Assembly: GCA_030141605.1 (NCBI GenBank)
Contig: JAQGDQ010000224.1
Location: 62,001-126,000, forward strand
DNA length: 64,000 nucleotides
Source: Tubiluchus corallicola
Lineage: Eukaryota > Animalia > Priapulida
Reading direction: 5' to 3'
Shown: piece after piece, positions 38,201-50,790 of the stretch
Position numbering within the stretch: position 1 is the first letter of the stretch
Layout: the number at the start of each line of letters is the position of its first letter
Position numbers and translations under genes: made by a program
The notes under the pieces: model-generated
What the model was told of the DNA's origin: nothing
Seen by the model: the letters and a program-made list of their open reading frames with translations, nothing else
Databases searched by the model: none

Positions 38201-41200
38201 CCGTATTAGTTTTTACATTTTGTTGCTAATTTGCATATCGTTTGGTGATATATATTTTATTTATCGTACAGCAAAGTTTTTGAATGAAATGTTTGAAACT
38301 ACTGTGCCAACATGTTCACACTACAATATTCAAAAAATGGCTTGCTTGTTTGAAAGGTGCCGGCTAATAGAAAGGAAATTTTTTGTAGTTTGAACTGGTG
38401 GAAATGTGCTAAGACATCAGTGATCAATTACCTTAGCATGCATTAGTTCAGTTTCTCCGAAAACATTTCTCTTGCAAAATGTAAAACTGTTAATATTTTG
38501 CAAATGTATTACCACAATAATTTTAATTTCTTAGCGGCCCCTACCAACCATTCGTTGCACTTAGTAGTCATTATAAAGTTGAGGCTTCCATAAAATTTTA
38601 TGCTTATCCACTTGAAACACGAATTGCTGCATATATTAAGATTTCTCGTAAATGGTATAAAATATAGAAGTGCTTTTTAACTGACAGTTGAAATCCACTG
38701 TTCGTTTAAGCACAAGAAAACCCTCCGCTTGCATAAAACTTGAAAATTTCTTCTTCAAATTTTATACTACTTACATACTGGCTTTTTGCATGTAGGGCTT
38801 GCATCGGCGGCAACACAGTATAAAAGTTGTAAATTTCAACACCAATGATGACTGTTAGATGTGGCCATTTTAATTGTAGGTCGTTTGAAACAAGTTTAGA
38901 TAACATTCTGTAACGTTTGAAAAAGTATTGCGAGCATTCATAGTGCACACGTCACTAATTAAGTAAAATTTTAAATTACTGTATCTTATCAATGCGATTA
39001 AAAATACGTTTTTTGGCTAGTAAGCGGCGCATTCTGTAGGGTGAGCCAGCGACATGTTACCAATTGGCACAAACATTTTAAATTATTATTTTTGGTTACA
39101 TAGATTCAAGAAGGCAAGCGAAATGCTAAATGATATAGATTTGCATGAAAAGCTTTTCGAATATAGTTAACATTTCCTTTTCTTCGCCTGATTTACACTT
39201 GCGTAGTGACGTCATGTATTGACACCATCAGAACAGTATTGCGGGCGATTTGAAATGAAAACAAACAAAAATTCCTTTTAATGCGAGTACAATGCATGCA
39301 TAAAATTGCTGTAAAGTAGTGTAATTTTTTCTGAAACCTACTTCAGGTACCTCTTTTCTTGTCTTTAAAGGGAGATGAACATCAGTGAATAACTCTTGTC
39401 CTGTGACATTGACATGTAGGTACATTGTAGAACATACAGCAGTAAATGCTTTTGTTTATCATAATGATTTAATGGTGCTCTGCCACCATTTTGTTTGTTT
39501 GTTTGTTTGCTTAGTCATGTTCCGCTCGCTTGACCATTCTTTGCTGTGTTACATCTGGGAATAATTTATACAGGAAGAAAAATGTGCTGACTGAGCAAAG
39601 TTCTGTCATTGCTTTTCTAGATTGAATTATTTACATAAATTTTGTTTTAAATTCCTATTCCGAATTAAACGATTAGCTGACTGTTTGGTATGTGCATACC
39701 TAACAAGTTAAGTATTGTCGAGCTTGACCAAGGAATGGATGGTGACTGCTGGTTTCAGTACTTTTCAATGTGGTCTAATCTGCCATAATATCGACAGGCA
39801 TTTTCTTCTTTGAAGATGGTTGTAAAAAGACCTGAATGCACTTGAGATACTTGCCAGCCCTTAATAATCGGATAAGTTCTGGTCTCTCCACACAACCATT
39901 TACATTGAGCAGTTTTGCAACTGATTGCCGTATCCCAGCTCACAGAGCAGTATCTGACTTAAAATGTGTGATCGTAATTTTTCTACTGTAGGTAAGTATG
40001 CTACGAATCCTCGTGGTTATGTGGCTAATTCCATCATTGCCGGAGAGCTTTGGTCTTTTCCGCAACAACCGAGCGAGTACACGTCGAGCGAGTACACGCC
40101 AAAACGCTTCTCATTTTCTCCGTATTCATCTTGTTCAGAAGAAGCGTATTCGGTCTACAGTGGCATAAGCGGCGGATCTGTCATAAGCGGGGTAAGTTAC
40201 TGTAGGATTGTCTGATTTATGCATTGTAGCATGAGCAGGCTTAATATAATGACTATGCAATAGAAAAAATGAGGCGTGTTTAATGATGCTGTATCTGTTT
40301 CTTTGTAATCAGTCAACTATTTAGTTTATTATCACTTAGGTTTATAATTACTTATTATAGTCTTCATATCAAGATTGCTGTAAAAGCGATATTATTATTA
40401 TTTTCATTATTATTGTTGTTGTTGTTGTTAACATTATTATTATTGTTATCATTATCATCATCATTTTCATTATTAATATAATAAATTTCGGTTTGTATCT
40501 CAACTTTTTTACATTTCTTACCTTTCAACTTTGATATCAATATTTAATTAATTGTGCATTTGAAACATCACTATAAATTTGCTCATTGCTTTCAAAAGCA
40601 TAACGTTCGGTAAGTTTAAGATCCTGCAAAAACTGTTTTAAACAAAAATTGTGATGAATAATTCTTAGTAGCCTTTCCTGTTTTCACTCAGATTTATTTG
40701 ACATTGTCTTATGAATTTTTCAGCGCAAATGGATTAGATTTTACGTAATAATAATAATGTTCTGAAGCTAAATGTTTCTCGTTGTTAATATCAGCGCAGT
40801 GAACGGTTACTGTTATCATAATACATTCAGCTTATAAAAGTCATGAAACTCTCCAAAATAAACCCACGTAAATGATAATTGTTCTCCTTTAATGTGAGTT
40901 TTAAAAAGTGCAAAAAGATGAAGACTGAAACAAGAAACATTTGCCTTACTGTCTGTTCTGATGTTTACTGTTTACATTTTGATCAATTTACTCCAGTTTC
41001 TAGAAAGAAGTAGGACACCAGCAACTTCTTCACTGGATTTTGATATAGAAGAAGTAAGTATAGATTTATCTGTGACGTATATCTTAATGATCGAAATCCA
41101 AATCGTTTGGTTGAAATCCAAAATTAGTCTCAAGTTAACCATACGTCTTTTCAGCCAAATTTAAAACTTTTTAATAACTGTGAGCACAGTTCAACGATAA

Positions 41201-44200
41201 AAATAAGCTTGCAGTTGATAAGATTAGTCACAAGTCTGTAATTAAAAGTTGAGATATTAGCTTACTATGCAGTTGTAAACAGGACTTCCAGTAACACAAA
41301 ATTTAGCGCATATCTTCCATTTGTTTGGATTTAAGTACAAATGTATGTTTAATACTTAGTGGTTTAACATAGTTCATATTTTATCTACGAGAGTCAGAGA
41401 ATTATTTTCCTTTTTTTGCTGCCATGTGTATAAAGAGTTATTCCGGTGCCAGCTTTTATTTAAAGTTTGATGTCTACTGTGTTTATTGTTAAGGTTATAG
41501 CATTTGCTTCCATTGGTAAAACAGGTATTAGGTCATTTTGATGTAACCTTGAAATAACCTAAATCACTAGTTATTGCAGAGATTTAATTTTTTGTCATTA
41601 TCATTTGAGTTTAAACCTGAAATAATACTAACTGATGCCCTGGGGCATTTCTGACAGGAATTACAGATTACCGAAGCGGACAAAGCGAAGTTACGGGAAA
41701 TGGGAATTAAGTCTCCCAGTGATTTACAACGTCCATCTAGTGTAAGTTAATGTCATTAATATGAATAAGCCTTTTGACAGTTTTGCTGTACACACTTGCA
41801 GTCGCTGTAGGCCAAAGGTTAAGTGTACCACAGCAGCACATCTTAACTACAATCATTACATGACATGTGGGAAATGCAAAGTCGTCTTCCTTATCAGTTG
41901 GGTAACATCAGTTGGTTTACATGGACTTTACTTAATTATGTTTTAGTCTGTGCGTAGAACGTTTTACTAGCAGAATCTAGCTTAGGAACAAGAAAAACAT
42001 CAAGTAAGTAAGGTTCTAGCTAGCTGTTAAAACATGGTAAAATTGTAACTCTTACAACAGCATGAGCTGTGAGACTTTGTCAAGTGTACACAAATGCGTC
42101 GCCTGGTACACTTAACCTTTGACCTCCTCACTATCATCATCAATCACTGGAACTGTGAAAATGCTTATTATATTAAAAATGCGCATCTGTGCATATGTAC
42201 ATCATATGATCACTAAAATGTAGCTTAATATTGCTAAAAATGAGCCTGAAAACTTGCATGGTGGATTTTCCTGCCCAGTATAAAAACAATACACTGTATT
42301 CTAAATTCTAAAACAGAGTAAACGGTGTCCTACTCAAAGAGCTTATATAAGCAGCTCTATTTTGTACAAAGGTGGTAATTGAAACGTGTTGTGTTAGTGT
42401 GCATCGATGACACTTACTGAAATACCAAAGCTTTGCTACTTTGAAGGTGTTAGATTCACTTGGTTGTCATGCAAGTTTCTCAGAACCACAAACACTGCTA
42501 ATTCCACAATGTCTTTCCTGAAAATATAATTCTGAATTTCAACATATTAGTGACGATTTGTGAAATTAGAATACACACTTAATATTAATTGGTTATAAAA
42601 GGCATTAAATATATCAGTTTTTCTTGAAATTTGTGGAAAAAATAATCAGCAAACATTAGCGAGAAGAAAGTTAAACTTTTAACCTGATTTAGCTGCCTTT
42701 ATTTTAGTAACAAAAATATCCACAGTTTCCTGTGTGCAAGTCAATGAATTTGTGATCACCATTGTTAATGCACAGATCAGAGTATTTGTATAAGTGTAAG
42801 TTTTCTTATTTGCCTTAAAAGGCAGCTTGGTGGAGATTTTTCTTTACAACTGAAATAATTCATGTTTATATTGTTATCTCTACTATGAGAAGCAGTTAGA
42901 TAAGCATTTAGGTAAGGTTTGATGATACATACATCATTTGCAGGTTAGAGCTGAAAGTAAGGTGTTTGCCAGAATAAAGGCAAGTCGTAGTTCACTGGAT
43001 GTAGAAGCCCCGCTTGTCCCTATTCGCAGAAGATCTATCAGTGACACGGAATCTTTTATCGAAAAACGAGAAAGAAGACGAAAATCGACCTTGGAAGGGA
43101 GTCTTCTCTTAGCAAGGTCAAAACTTTCGACTGCGCCGCTACTTGAACAAGCAAGCAAAGAAGCAGCGGTGGTGGAAGAAGTTGAATCTGTAGAAAAACC
43201 AACAGATAAACCTGGAAAATTGGCAATGAAGCCAATGGATCTATCAGCAAAGGATGAACTTGTAGTTGACAGGGATAAATTATCAACAACAAAATCACGT
43301 CCTGCTATTCCTAGTTTTCTAGAACATATTGTCAACAAACAGTGGTTTAAAGCTGCCTTTCCTAAAATTGGAACAGAGGTATTTTCTGATAATTTTATTA
43401 CTTACTTCATTATTTTATTTCTTTTCACATTAAATGTTAAACATGAGTACAACATTTCCTTGCAACGGTCGTTTATTTCAATTCTATTTCATTTTTCCGT
43501 TTTATTTTGTCAGTGTAAAAAGTATCCATTTTAACACAATTAATACTGCAAAAGCGTTTCTGATAATTAAATAGTAGATTAAAAACTTAATTAACGACAG
43601 GCGAGCCCAACTATTGACGAAATCACAAATTAACATAATTTTCAACAGCAAAAACAATCCACGAGCGTGTAGAGCATGTTTGCAAAAGGGAAAATTGAAG
43701 TACGGTGCTACAGTAAGATATTCAGTATGTTGTACTAAAACTGTGCAAGTTTTAATATAAAAAATCAAATTTTAAGTTTACGGCTGTGCTCATGCGTGAA
43801 CTATCAAATGTGTGTAGTTCGTCACAAACTAACACATATGAATGAAAGGTACAGCACTGTTTTTGTGCCATGCATTTCCGAAATGCAGGCACTAGTGCCT
43901 GTCTAACTAGCGAATGGCAAAATGCGTATAACAGTGAAGAATTAGAGGAGTGAACGCGAAATTGTGTTTGTGTGCTAATAATTCTTTCACGTAAGTCATT
44001 TTTAAAAAAATGTTATGTTCCTTTCAATATTTTAAAACAAACGTTGTTTGGGACCTACAATTTAAGATTGGGCCTGGCTTTGCTTTGAACATGGGTACGA
44101 CATTTTCTTGCAACAGTTATTTATTTCATTTCTATTTCCTTTTTCAGTTTCACTTTGTCAGTCAGTAAAATTTCATGGAGTGCACACACTGTCACTTTAT

Positions 44201-47200
44201 CATGATGAAATCATCTTGGTCGTGGAGCACTGATTTGAATCAATGCTAGTGCATGCAGACAAAAAATGTTGAGATGTCACGACAATCCAACACAAATCAT
44301 AATAGCGTCATAACTAAACACTAAACAAAATTTTTCACAATGCTTTTTCGGTGCCTCGCTGCGCCAAACAATAGCACTGCTTTGCATCGTGATAAAGATA
44401 CAGTAGTATGCACGACAGACTTAGACTGCTAAGAGACTGACAAAGTCTCTTCACAGAGATTTTGTAAAGATCATCAAGTTTTGTAGGTGTGAATGTGGTG
44501 GTGCACTGCTGTTTATAGGTTTTTCATTATACTGGCATCTTTAGTTTAAAGATGAGAGAATAAACCAACACAAATGACAAGTTTGGTTGGCTATATGTTA
44601 ACCCACTATTTTTTGAATAACCGAGAAAACTTGGCAGATGAAAGCAATTGCTTCAGTAGCCAAATATCAAAGTTGGTGATGCCTTACTTCGGCTACAAAG
44701 TTATCGCTGCACCACTTCCTAAAATTAAAATTAATTGAAAGTATTTAAAGCATTATACTGTAAATTATTTATTCCAGAGTCAACCGTACCCCTCAGATGT
44801 ATCCGCGTGTATGAACATGATGCTGAAGGCTCTGACATCTAAATCTCACGAAGAGAGGTTATCATTCGTCATCGATTCAATTCGCCAATTTTATAAAGAA
44901 TTTTCAGATGCACTAAATCCTGAACTAATTACAAGGTGTGGACAAAAATTAATTATTGTTTCATTTTAAACCATGAAATTACACTCGTTCTCCACACTGA
45001 CATGGATTGTGTTTGCCAATCAGCTGGGGTTTTTATCCACGCAGACAGTCATTCTTTTGATGCAGGCTTTGTTGTATGATCTTATCTGCTGCAGTTTTGT
45101 GAACTAACTTTAACTCCTAGGACTGTAAGCGTTTGCTGCATTTTGCAGGGTTTCATGAAAAACTGCTCTCACTAAGCAATGACTGCGATAATTTTTGATA
45201 ATTTTTGTAGGTTTATACTCCTCACACAATGGATTTTCTTGCAAAATTATATATGAAATGCATTTGCTTAGTTTAGATAAATTAAAATTTATTTTTAGTG
45301 GAGAAATTGGAAAAACTTTCGGTAACTGCGGTGTTTGAACTGTAACAAAGTACAGTACCACGTGCATGAAATTGGCTAACACAGAAAAATTTCAACTATC
45401 CAGACACAACACTCTGATGCACTTTTGCCTGAAGTCTTCTCCATTTTTAAGGAGATATTTCTGTCGAAAATGAAATGACCTTATTTGTCTTTGGCTGATC
45501 AGTTGGTTTTTTCTGGAATAGCAGTAGAACACTGCACAGCTTGGGCTGTAGCAAGCAGGCGGTCAATAAAATATGATCATGCAAGTGTACACCAGACTAA
45601 GCTACTCAGTAAGCTAAGTTGTAATGTCTGAAAAGGCTGTCTCTTATTTAATTTTATCTTATTAAATCACTCATAAATGTTTAAAAAATAGGGCGATTCG
45701 ATAGCCGAGATTCTCCTGAGTAGAACAGTGCCTAAGTTGTAATTATTTAGTTATGTTTTGCTCATACAGTAGCAGAAAATTCATAAGTCTTATAGACGTA
45801 TTTTGAATGGTGCGGTCTTGAAGGAGTAAACATATAGTCAGTCTTTTATAGTCACCTTGTAATGTAGCCACTCCCTCGAAGTCACTTCAAAATGCAGCCA
45901 ATTTCTTAAATTTATAATGTTGCACTCTGCCTGTCCCATTCACAATTGTTTGAACTTGCTTGGATGAATTGCAACCACATCTGGCCTGTTATTTTAACCT
46001 ACACGACAGATGGTAAGATTGTATCCTCAAATTCGTCACTTAGGACTAATTTTTGCAATCCTCTTTCTTTTTAATTTGTGTAGCTACATTATACACACCT
46101 TATTGCTACTTTTCTAGAAGATACTTCTGACTCCGCTCTTCACTGATTCCTAAGCTCTAACCATTTGTTTGATGTACTTGTTTGGCGCTGTATTTAGTCA
46201 TCTTGTGTTACATTACCTGGATGCAGGACAACCACATTTTTCCTAGTACCTGTTATCTGTGGAATTCCTTATTAAAGAATGGTAATTGCTTCCCTGTTGA
46301 CTTCTACTTCACTTGCTTAAAAAACATCAGATAACTCTTATGGCAGATTAGTTGTAAGAATTCTGTTTTTCTGTATCTATATTTTTAGTTTCCTATCTGT
46401 ACTTTGAACATTGAAATTATCTCTGGTCTAAAAATTTTGACCTGGTCATTTTAGATCTAGGGAAACCACAGAGAAAACATGAATAACTGCTTCTCAGCTG
46501 CATTGTGACTTAACGTTAGCAGACGGTGTTACAATAAGCATGAGTTCATGCATTGAATTTTTTAACTTCTTTCACTTGACCATCATGAGGAATAACTGAG
46601 TGGTCATGGGATGTACTTAGTGACGACTGAAATTAAGAAGCACCAGACATGGTCATTAACTGGATGAGTGTCTTCCGGGAAAACTTGGTAGTTTCATCTA
46701 GAATACTGATTTCTGGATATTCACTGCTTTGAGGGTGGATCTATATGTTTATGATCAGATATTAGAAGATTAAACAGGGTTCTTACAGTCAGCGAAAATC
46801 CTTGAAAATACAGACTATCCTGGAAAGTCATGGAAAAGTCAGGGAAATTTATTTTAAAATTAATTGCAAACTGTGTTAAGCTTCATAGTCACTAAGTGCC
46901 AGTCCTGTTTCAACTATTCATCATTAGTTACATTTCATACGCCTATCTGAATACTGGCTAGATTTTGGCTACTTGATATTAGCTTGTAGTCACCCAAAAT
47001 ATGCAAAGGAGATGGTACAGATGAGAGTATTAATGACTGAAAATTGGGGCTTTATATATTTGTCCTGCTATATTCGTGTTGAAATTATTTGTCTTTTATT
47101 GCAGAGCGATACTAAAAGTGCTGCTTCGACTACTGGGCAGCAAAGATGCAGCGGCAAAAGAACTTTTGTTTGTTACTAAAGCACTAGACTGCTGTGTAGA

Positions 47201-50200
47201 GTTATATCCACATATTGGTGATACTACACACGTAATGGCTACACTCATAACATCATATGTACTCGGCAGTGAAGCAGTAAGGTAAAGACGTTCAGAATTT
47301 TATTAATTCTAGGAAATGCTGTAATGCAATCAGTGAAATTCACTAATGTAACTTCATGCAGATTCTTAAATAAAATTTGTAGAATCAATTTTTTTAATTG
47401 ATGACATTAGTTTGCTGAGCATTTTCACGCTTAATGACAAATGTTTCTCTTTAGAAAACTAGAACTGTTACTAATGTGTTAGTAAATTTTAAAAAGGCTA
47501 CAAATATCATACACACACACATGCACGCACACCTACCACACACACGCGCACACACACACACACACACACGAATCCTATTACTGTTTCTTGTTCTGTTCAT
47601 GACGTGTATTTTCTTCTAAAAGGGCTTAAAGGGCCTATATGACTGTTTAGGAACATGTGAATTATTATAGGTGCATATTAAAGGAAATGTCAAGCCTTCT
47701 AGAAGGTCAGGCTTATTTCAATGTTTGCGAAAAATGTTCGAAGGATTTAGTAATAAAACTGCAATAAGCACCTCGTGTAATTAGTAAAATCACTTTAAAG
47801 TCGCAATCACTTCATGTTTGGGCGCTTCCATTTTCAATGCCGATTCTTCTTCCAATGACGTCATTGATCCTGAAGAAAAGTAGCACACTGTCCATCTTCA
47901 TCAAAAGTATAATAAGTTATTACAAAAAAACTAGATTGCTAATTTTGTAATATTTTCGCGTAAACATTAGGTAAGCTGAGATTTGTATTAGTTTAAGCAG
48001 CGCGCGCTTATGAAAAGTCACTTTCATCAAGCTTTTGTTTTGCCACATTCGTTATTGCATGCCGATCAACCGTGCACATATTGTCCGGAACGAAGGAATT
48101 AAGTCATTTAAAATACACGACTACTATTGAAAACTTGCTGCTACATGATCATTTACATGGAAATTCTGATCAATTTCCTCTTTGCTGCTAATTCATCATC
48201 TGATCCACAGTTGTCTGATTTTCTCTTTCAGAAATGAAATTACCAAAAGGTGGCATTTATTAGGTGTAAATGATCCGCAACAATGTTTACCCAAAGAGCT
48301 GAAGACTTGGGACATCTCAGAGTTTTCCGGCCCAAAAAGAGTGGTCACCTCACTGAAGCAAGCGCTGAAATGGATGACAAAGTACAGCAAAATTCCATTC
48401 CGTAAAGTCACGTTGACGGGTGATGTTGATGATCTTCACGACATGGCAGCTGTGTCGTGATGATCACTGATTATGCACATCACCTGTTGGCTGTTCTAGC
48501 AATCAATGCATTGTTACCATAGTAACTGAAAGATGGCGTGGCAGTGGTGCAAGGTCACCGACATATCAAACAAATCTTTGTCATTCCACACCATGCCATA
48601 TGTTTGCTAGCTGTTAAAGGGCCAGCTTGACTGCTAATTTCTCCTTTAAAGCAAATGCATGTTTATTTTTGGATGTTGGCTTTACACAACTGATGAAATT
48701 GTTTTTCATTCATTTCTTGTGAGTACATTTATGAAGCTACAATCAAACTCTCTTAATGGCGTATTCGTTTAATGTCAACTTGAATCCCAAGGTAAAGTGG
48801 TACAGTAAACTCTGCGTTAACTCAAAATTGCATAACTCAAATTTTTACCTAACTCAAAGAAATTCAACGGAATCAATGAAATCCTTTGTTTTTCCCTCAA
48901 AAAACATTGCTTAACTCAATTAAAAAATCATGGTCCATTTAATCAAAATACATGTAATTTACTTCGCCTAACTCAAAATGCAATTTATACTCTGGAAAAA
49001 CAAAAAGTTTCGTATAACTCAAACACAGTATCAACTTCCAGGAAAATTCTTATGTCTTAAAAATCGCGCTCCCGGGATTGGTCTTTCTGAGAAAGTCTCA
49101 GTCAGCTACTATGTAGTACGTAAGGCATTGGTAGCCCCACAGTCATAATGTTTAACAGTGTTGTGTACGTGTCCTTTTGTAACATAAAAAAATCATGTTT
49201 CACTACATCATTTTTTATTCTTTATGTAACTGTCATCAAATCTTGTCGTTTATGTATAGAAGTGTTGATTTTCTGTCTTCTATTTAGCTTGTCATCTGGA
49301 GGAGAGGTTTAGAGTTTCTATGCTAGAAAATGGTCAATATTGCCTTAATCAAAGTTTTTTTCAGTCCGGTTGGGTTTGAGTTATGCAGAGTTTACTGTAT
49401 AAACAAGTTTAACTGCACTAGGTTTTGCTATGTGCGGCTTGTCATCTTAACTGCTTAAATACCGTGTGCAATGTAAATGTTCCAGTAATGCATTTACATT
49501 AAAGTTTGAAGACGACCAGTTTCAAACTGATAAAAGCTGTATATGTGCCATTGTTAAGATTGCACTGAAATTTTAAGCTATAAAATTAGACATCGTCATT
49601 CTTGGTATTAAAATTGGTTGTCCGTTTCTTGCAGGTGGAAGCGGAAATCGTTGGCGGAGGACTCATTAAAATCGGCTGAAGGTAAATTAACTAACAGGGA
49701 ACAGGGAAATTTATTAAATGGAATAAGCGATGGTACTTTTGGTCACGCATTTGACAGATGTTATTCTCACGTCATAATACTATAGATTCTCTTGTCTTCT
49801 GACAGAAATACATGCAGTGGATGTTTTGAATTACTTTGTCGCCACGAAGATGGCAAAGTTAGAGAAACGACGCCAAAGAGAAGCAAAGCAAGGCGTATTG
49901 CTGCCATGCATTACTCCGGCAAGGTATTGAATTAATGTTTAATAAATGGAATTTTCACACAGCAGACATTTTTCTCTGCTGGTTGCCGAATTGAAGAAAC
50001 AAATTCGTGTTACCACCTAAAGTCCTCTTATCGTATACTTCTTTAATATTTAAAGATTGTTAAGTCACAATTTATCTATTTTCGTAATGTGAGCACATGC
50101 GAATTCAAAAAATTCTACAGAAATTTTGAATTTTGTGCTTCTTTTTACTTTCGTACTGCTGGGACATTTCTTTCTACAGTAAGTTGTAATCGGTGGTGGG

Positions 50201-50790
50201 GTGGGGGCGAGGTTACCAAAACTGTTTCTGTATTTAATCAGCAGGTTACATTGCAGATACTGTTGTTGGTAAATCAAGCAAAAAAGTTATGTTAAATGTT
50301 CATTAGGATTGAGGAATGCAAGAATGATTAGGTAACACCAGAACGTGTGCTCCTTTGAACATTGCTAGCACATGTAGATGCCAATTTTTACTTTAAACAG
50401 TAAATGATTCAAGTTAACCATTTGCTTTTGCGGATTCGTTTCAGAGATCAACGTCTAATTAGATACGGAGAAACGCACATTAGCAGATGCCATCCAGAAA
50501 GAGAAAGTAGATTCCTGGGTAATGTCTCTAGTTTACAATGATAATAATTATCATAACAATTGAAATGTCTATCTTTTCTACCATAACAAAAAATTATGAT
50601 AAATTAGTTTTTAACGAATAGCCGTTTTATTTTTACAGATCACAACACGATGCAGTCTTGTATTCTACCACTCATGCTAAAACTGCCAATTCCCAAAGTA
50701 ACCTTGTGTCCATTCCGGCAAGACAAACCATCACTGGATTCTCAGCAGATTTATCCAAAGTATTACTACCCAAAAATTTCTCAACTTTAA
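17268..50790 (+). CDS. WDR97: WD repeat-containing protein 97-like (about 1398-1415 aa, 29 coding exons)
   Basis: Exons: 17268-17489, 17691-17849, 18394-18510, 19656-19808, 20872-20995, 22378-22540, 23827-23955, 24665-24840, 26953-27051, 27579-27757, 28983-29052, 30070-30252, 32998-33136, 33314-33420, 33722-33863, 34752-34827, 36679-36846, 38043-38181, 39992-40191, 40997-41053, 41658-41741, 42944-43378, 44778-44935, 47105-47281, 48232-48381, 49635-49681 (or -49732), 49806-49923, 50445-50518, 50639-50790. All introns are GT-AG with compatible phases, and the total of 4197 nt is one open frame. WD motifs include TGGQDGSVKIW and TASLDETIRIW. Blocks I recall from WDR97 include DMLIKTWRVYMFAEEMLSL, CCCERLDIVATASLDETIRIWT...LAFRNDHGDLVVGIG, WFKAAFP, VLNYF and the C-terminal LKLPIPKVTLCPF. 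Confidence 0.85.
18567..19273. mobile_element. pogo/Tigger-like (Tc1-mariner) MITE in WDR97 intron 3
   Basis: Imperfect TIRs CGGTAAGTTCTCATTTAACGAC and GTCGCGAAGTGAGGACTTACTG. The left flank is TA and the right flank TG. Confidence 0.65.
19277..19610 (+). repeat. 334-bp near-identical copy of 14925-15258
   Basis: Colinear duplicate. Confidence 0.9.
19817..20406 (+). mobile_element. Kolobok-like MITE, family A copy 1
   Basis: TTAA-AGGAAAACAGGA...TCCAGTTTTCCT-TTAA shows a TTAA target duplication with AGG/CCT termini. Four diverged copies are in the window. Confidence 0.75.
21256..21611. mobile_element. hAT-like MITE with internal GTCAGGGAA repeats
   Basis: Ends are CAGGTTCTCAC...GTTGGAACCATG. 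A related shorter copy lies at about 46775-46875. No 8-bp target duplication is visible. Confidence 0.45.
22818..23575. repeat. 54-bp minisatellite, 14 near-identical copies (WDR97 intron 6)
   Basis: Unit CTGAGTTATAGTCAAGCAGTGCGTTACTGACTTGCTAGAACTGATAGAAACTAA, with no spacers. Confidence 0.95.
26180..26801 (-). mobile_element. Kolobok-like MITE, family A copy 2 (inverted)
   Basis: Reverse-complement homology to 19817-20406; ends TTAAAGCAAAAC...GTCTTCCTTTAG. Confidence 0.75.
29090..29632 (+). mobile_element. TTAA-flanked MITE, family B (Kolobok-like)
   Basis: The first ~300 bp are homologous to 47678-48010, which starts TTAA-AGGAAATG. This copy ends TTTCCT-TTAA. Confidence 0.6.
30250..30689. 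repeat. 44-bp minisatellite, 10 copies, starting at the WDR97 exon 12 donor
   Basis: Unit CAGGTTT(G/A)T(G/A)TGAGTTGT(C/T)TTACAATCAGTGCTTAAAGTGTATT. Confidence 0.95.
36040..36606 (+). mobile_element. Kolobok-like MITE, family A copy 3
   Basis: Ends TTAA-AAGAAGACAGGATG...TCCAGTTTTGCT-TTAA, with internal homology to copy 1. Confidence 0.75.
37187..37436. repeat. Compound pentanucleotide microsatellite (TATGT)n(TATAT)n
   Basis: Directly visible. Confidence 0.95.
41764..42168. mobile_element. MITE, same family as 1395-1660
   Basis: TIRs AATAAGCCTTTTGACAGTT and AACTGTGAAAATGCTTATT. The 3' ~220 bp align to 1444-1660. Confidence 0.65.
43517..44088 (+). mobile_element. Kolobok-like MITE, family A copy 4 (5'-truncated)
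   Basis: Internal and 3'-end homology to 19817-20406. Confidence 0.7.
45110..45830 (+). mobile_element. piggyBac-like MITE, family C copy 1
   Basis: Ends TTAA-CTCCT.AGGACTG...CGGTCTTGAAGGAG-TAAA; colinear with 51419-52097. Confidence 0.7.
47678..48010 (+). mobile_element. MITE family B, partial copy
   Basis: Homologous to 29090-29420 and starts TTAA-AGG. Confidence 0.6.
48513..48526. promoter_or_regulatory. Intronic RFX X-box
   Basis: GTTACC-AT-AGTAAC is a full match to the GTNRCC-N(0-3)-RGYAAC consensus. Confidence 0.5.
48801..49399. mobile_element. pogo/Tigger-like MITE
   Basis: TA-CAGTAAACTCTGCGTTAACTCAAA...TTTGAGTTATGCAGAGTTTACTG-TA, with subterminal TAACTCAA repeats. Confidence 0.8.

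Noticed and set aside
42934-43338. 134-aa minus-strand ORF
   Set aside because: It is an antisense shadow of WDR97 exon 22 with no independent signals.
48457-48529. Possible C/D-box snoRNA (GTGATGA...CTGA, 73 nt)
   Set aside because: There is no terminal stem and no convincing rRNA-complementary guide.
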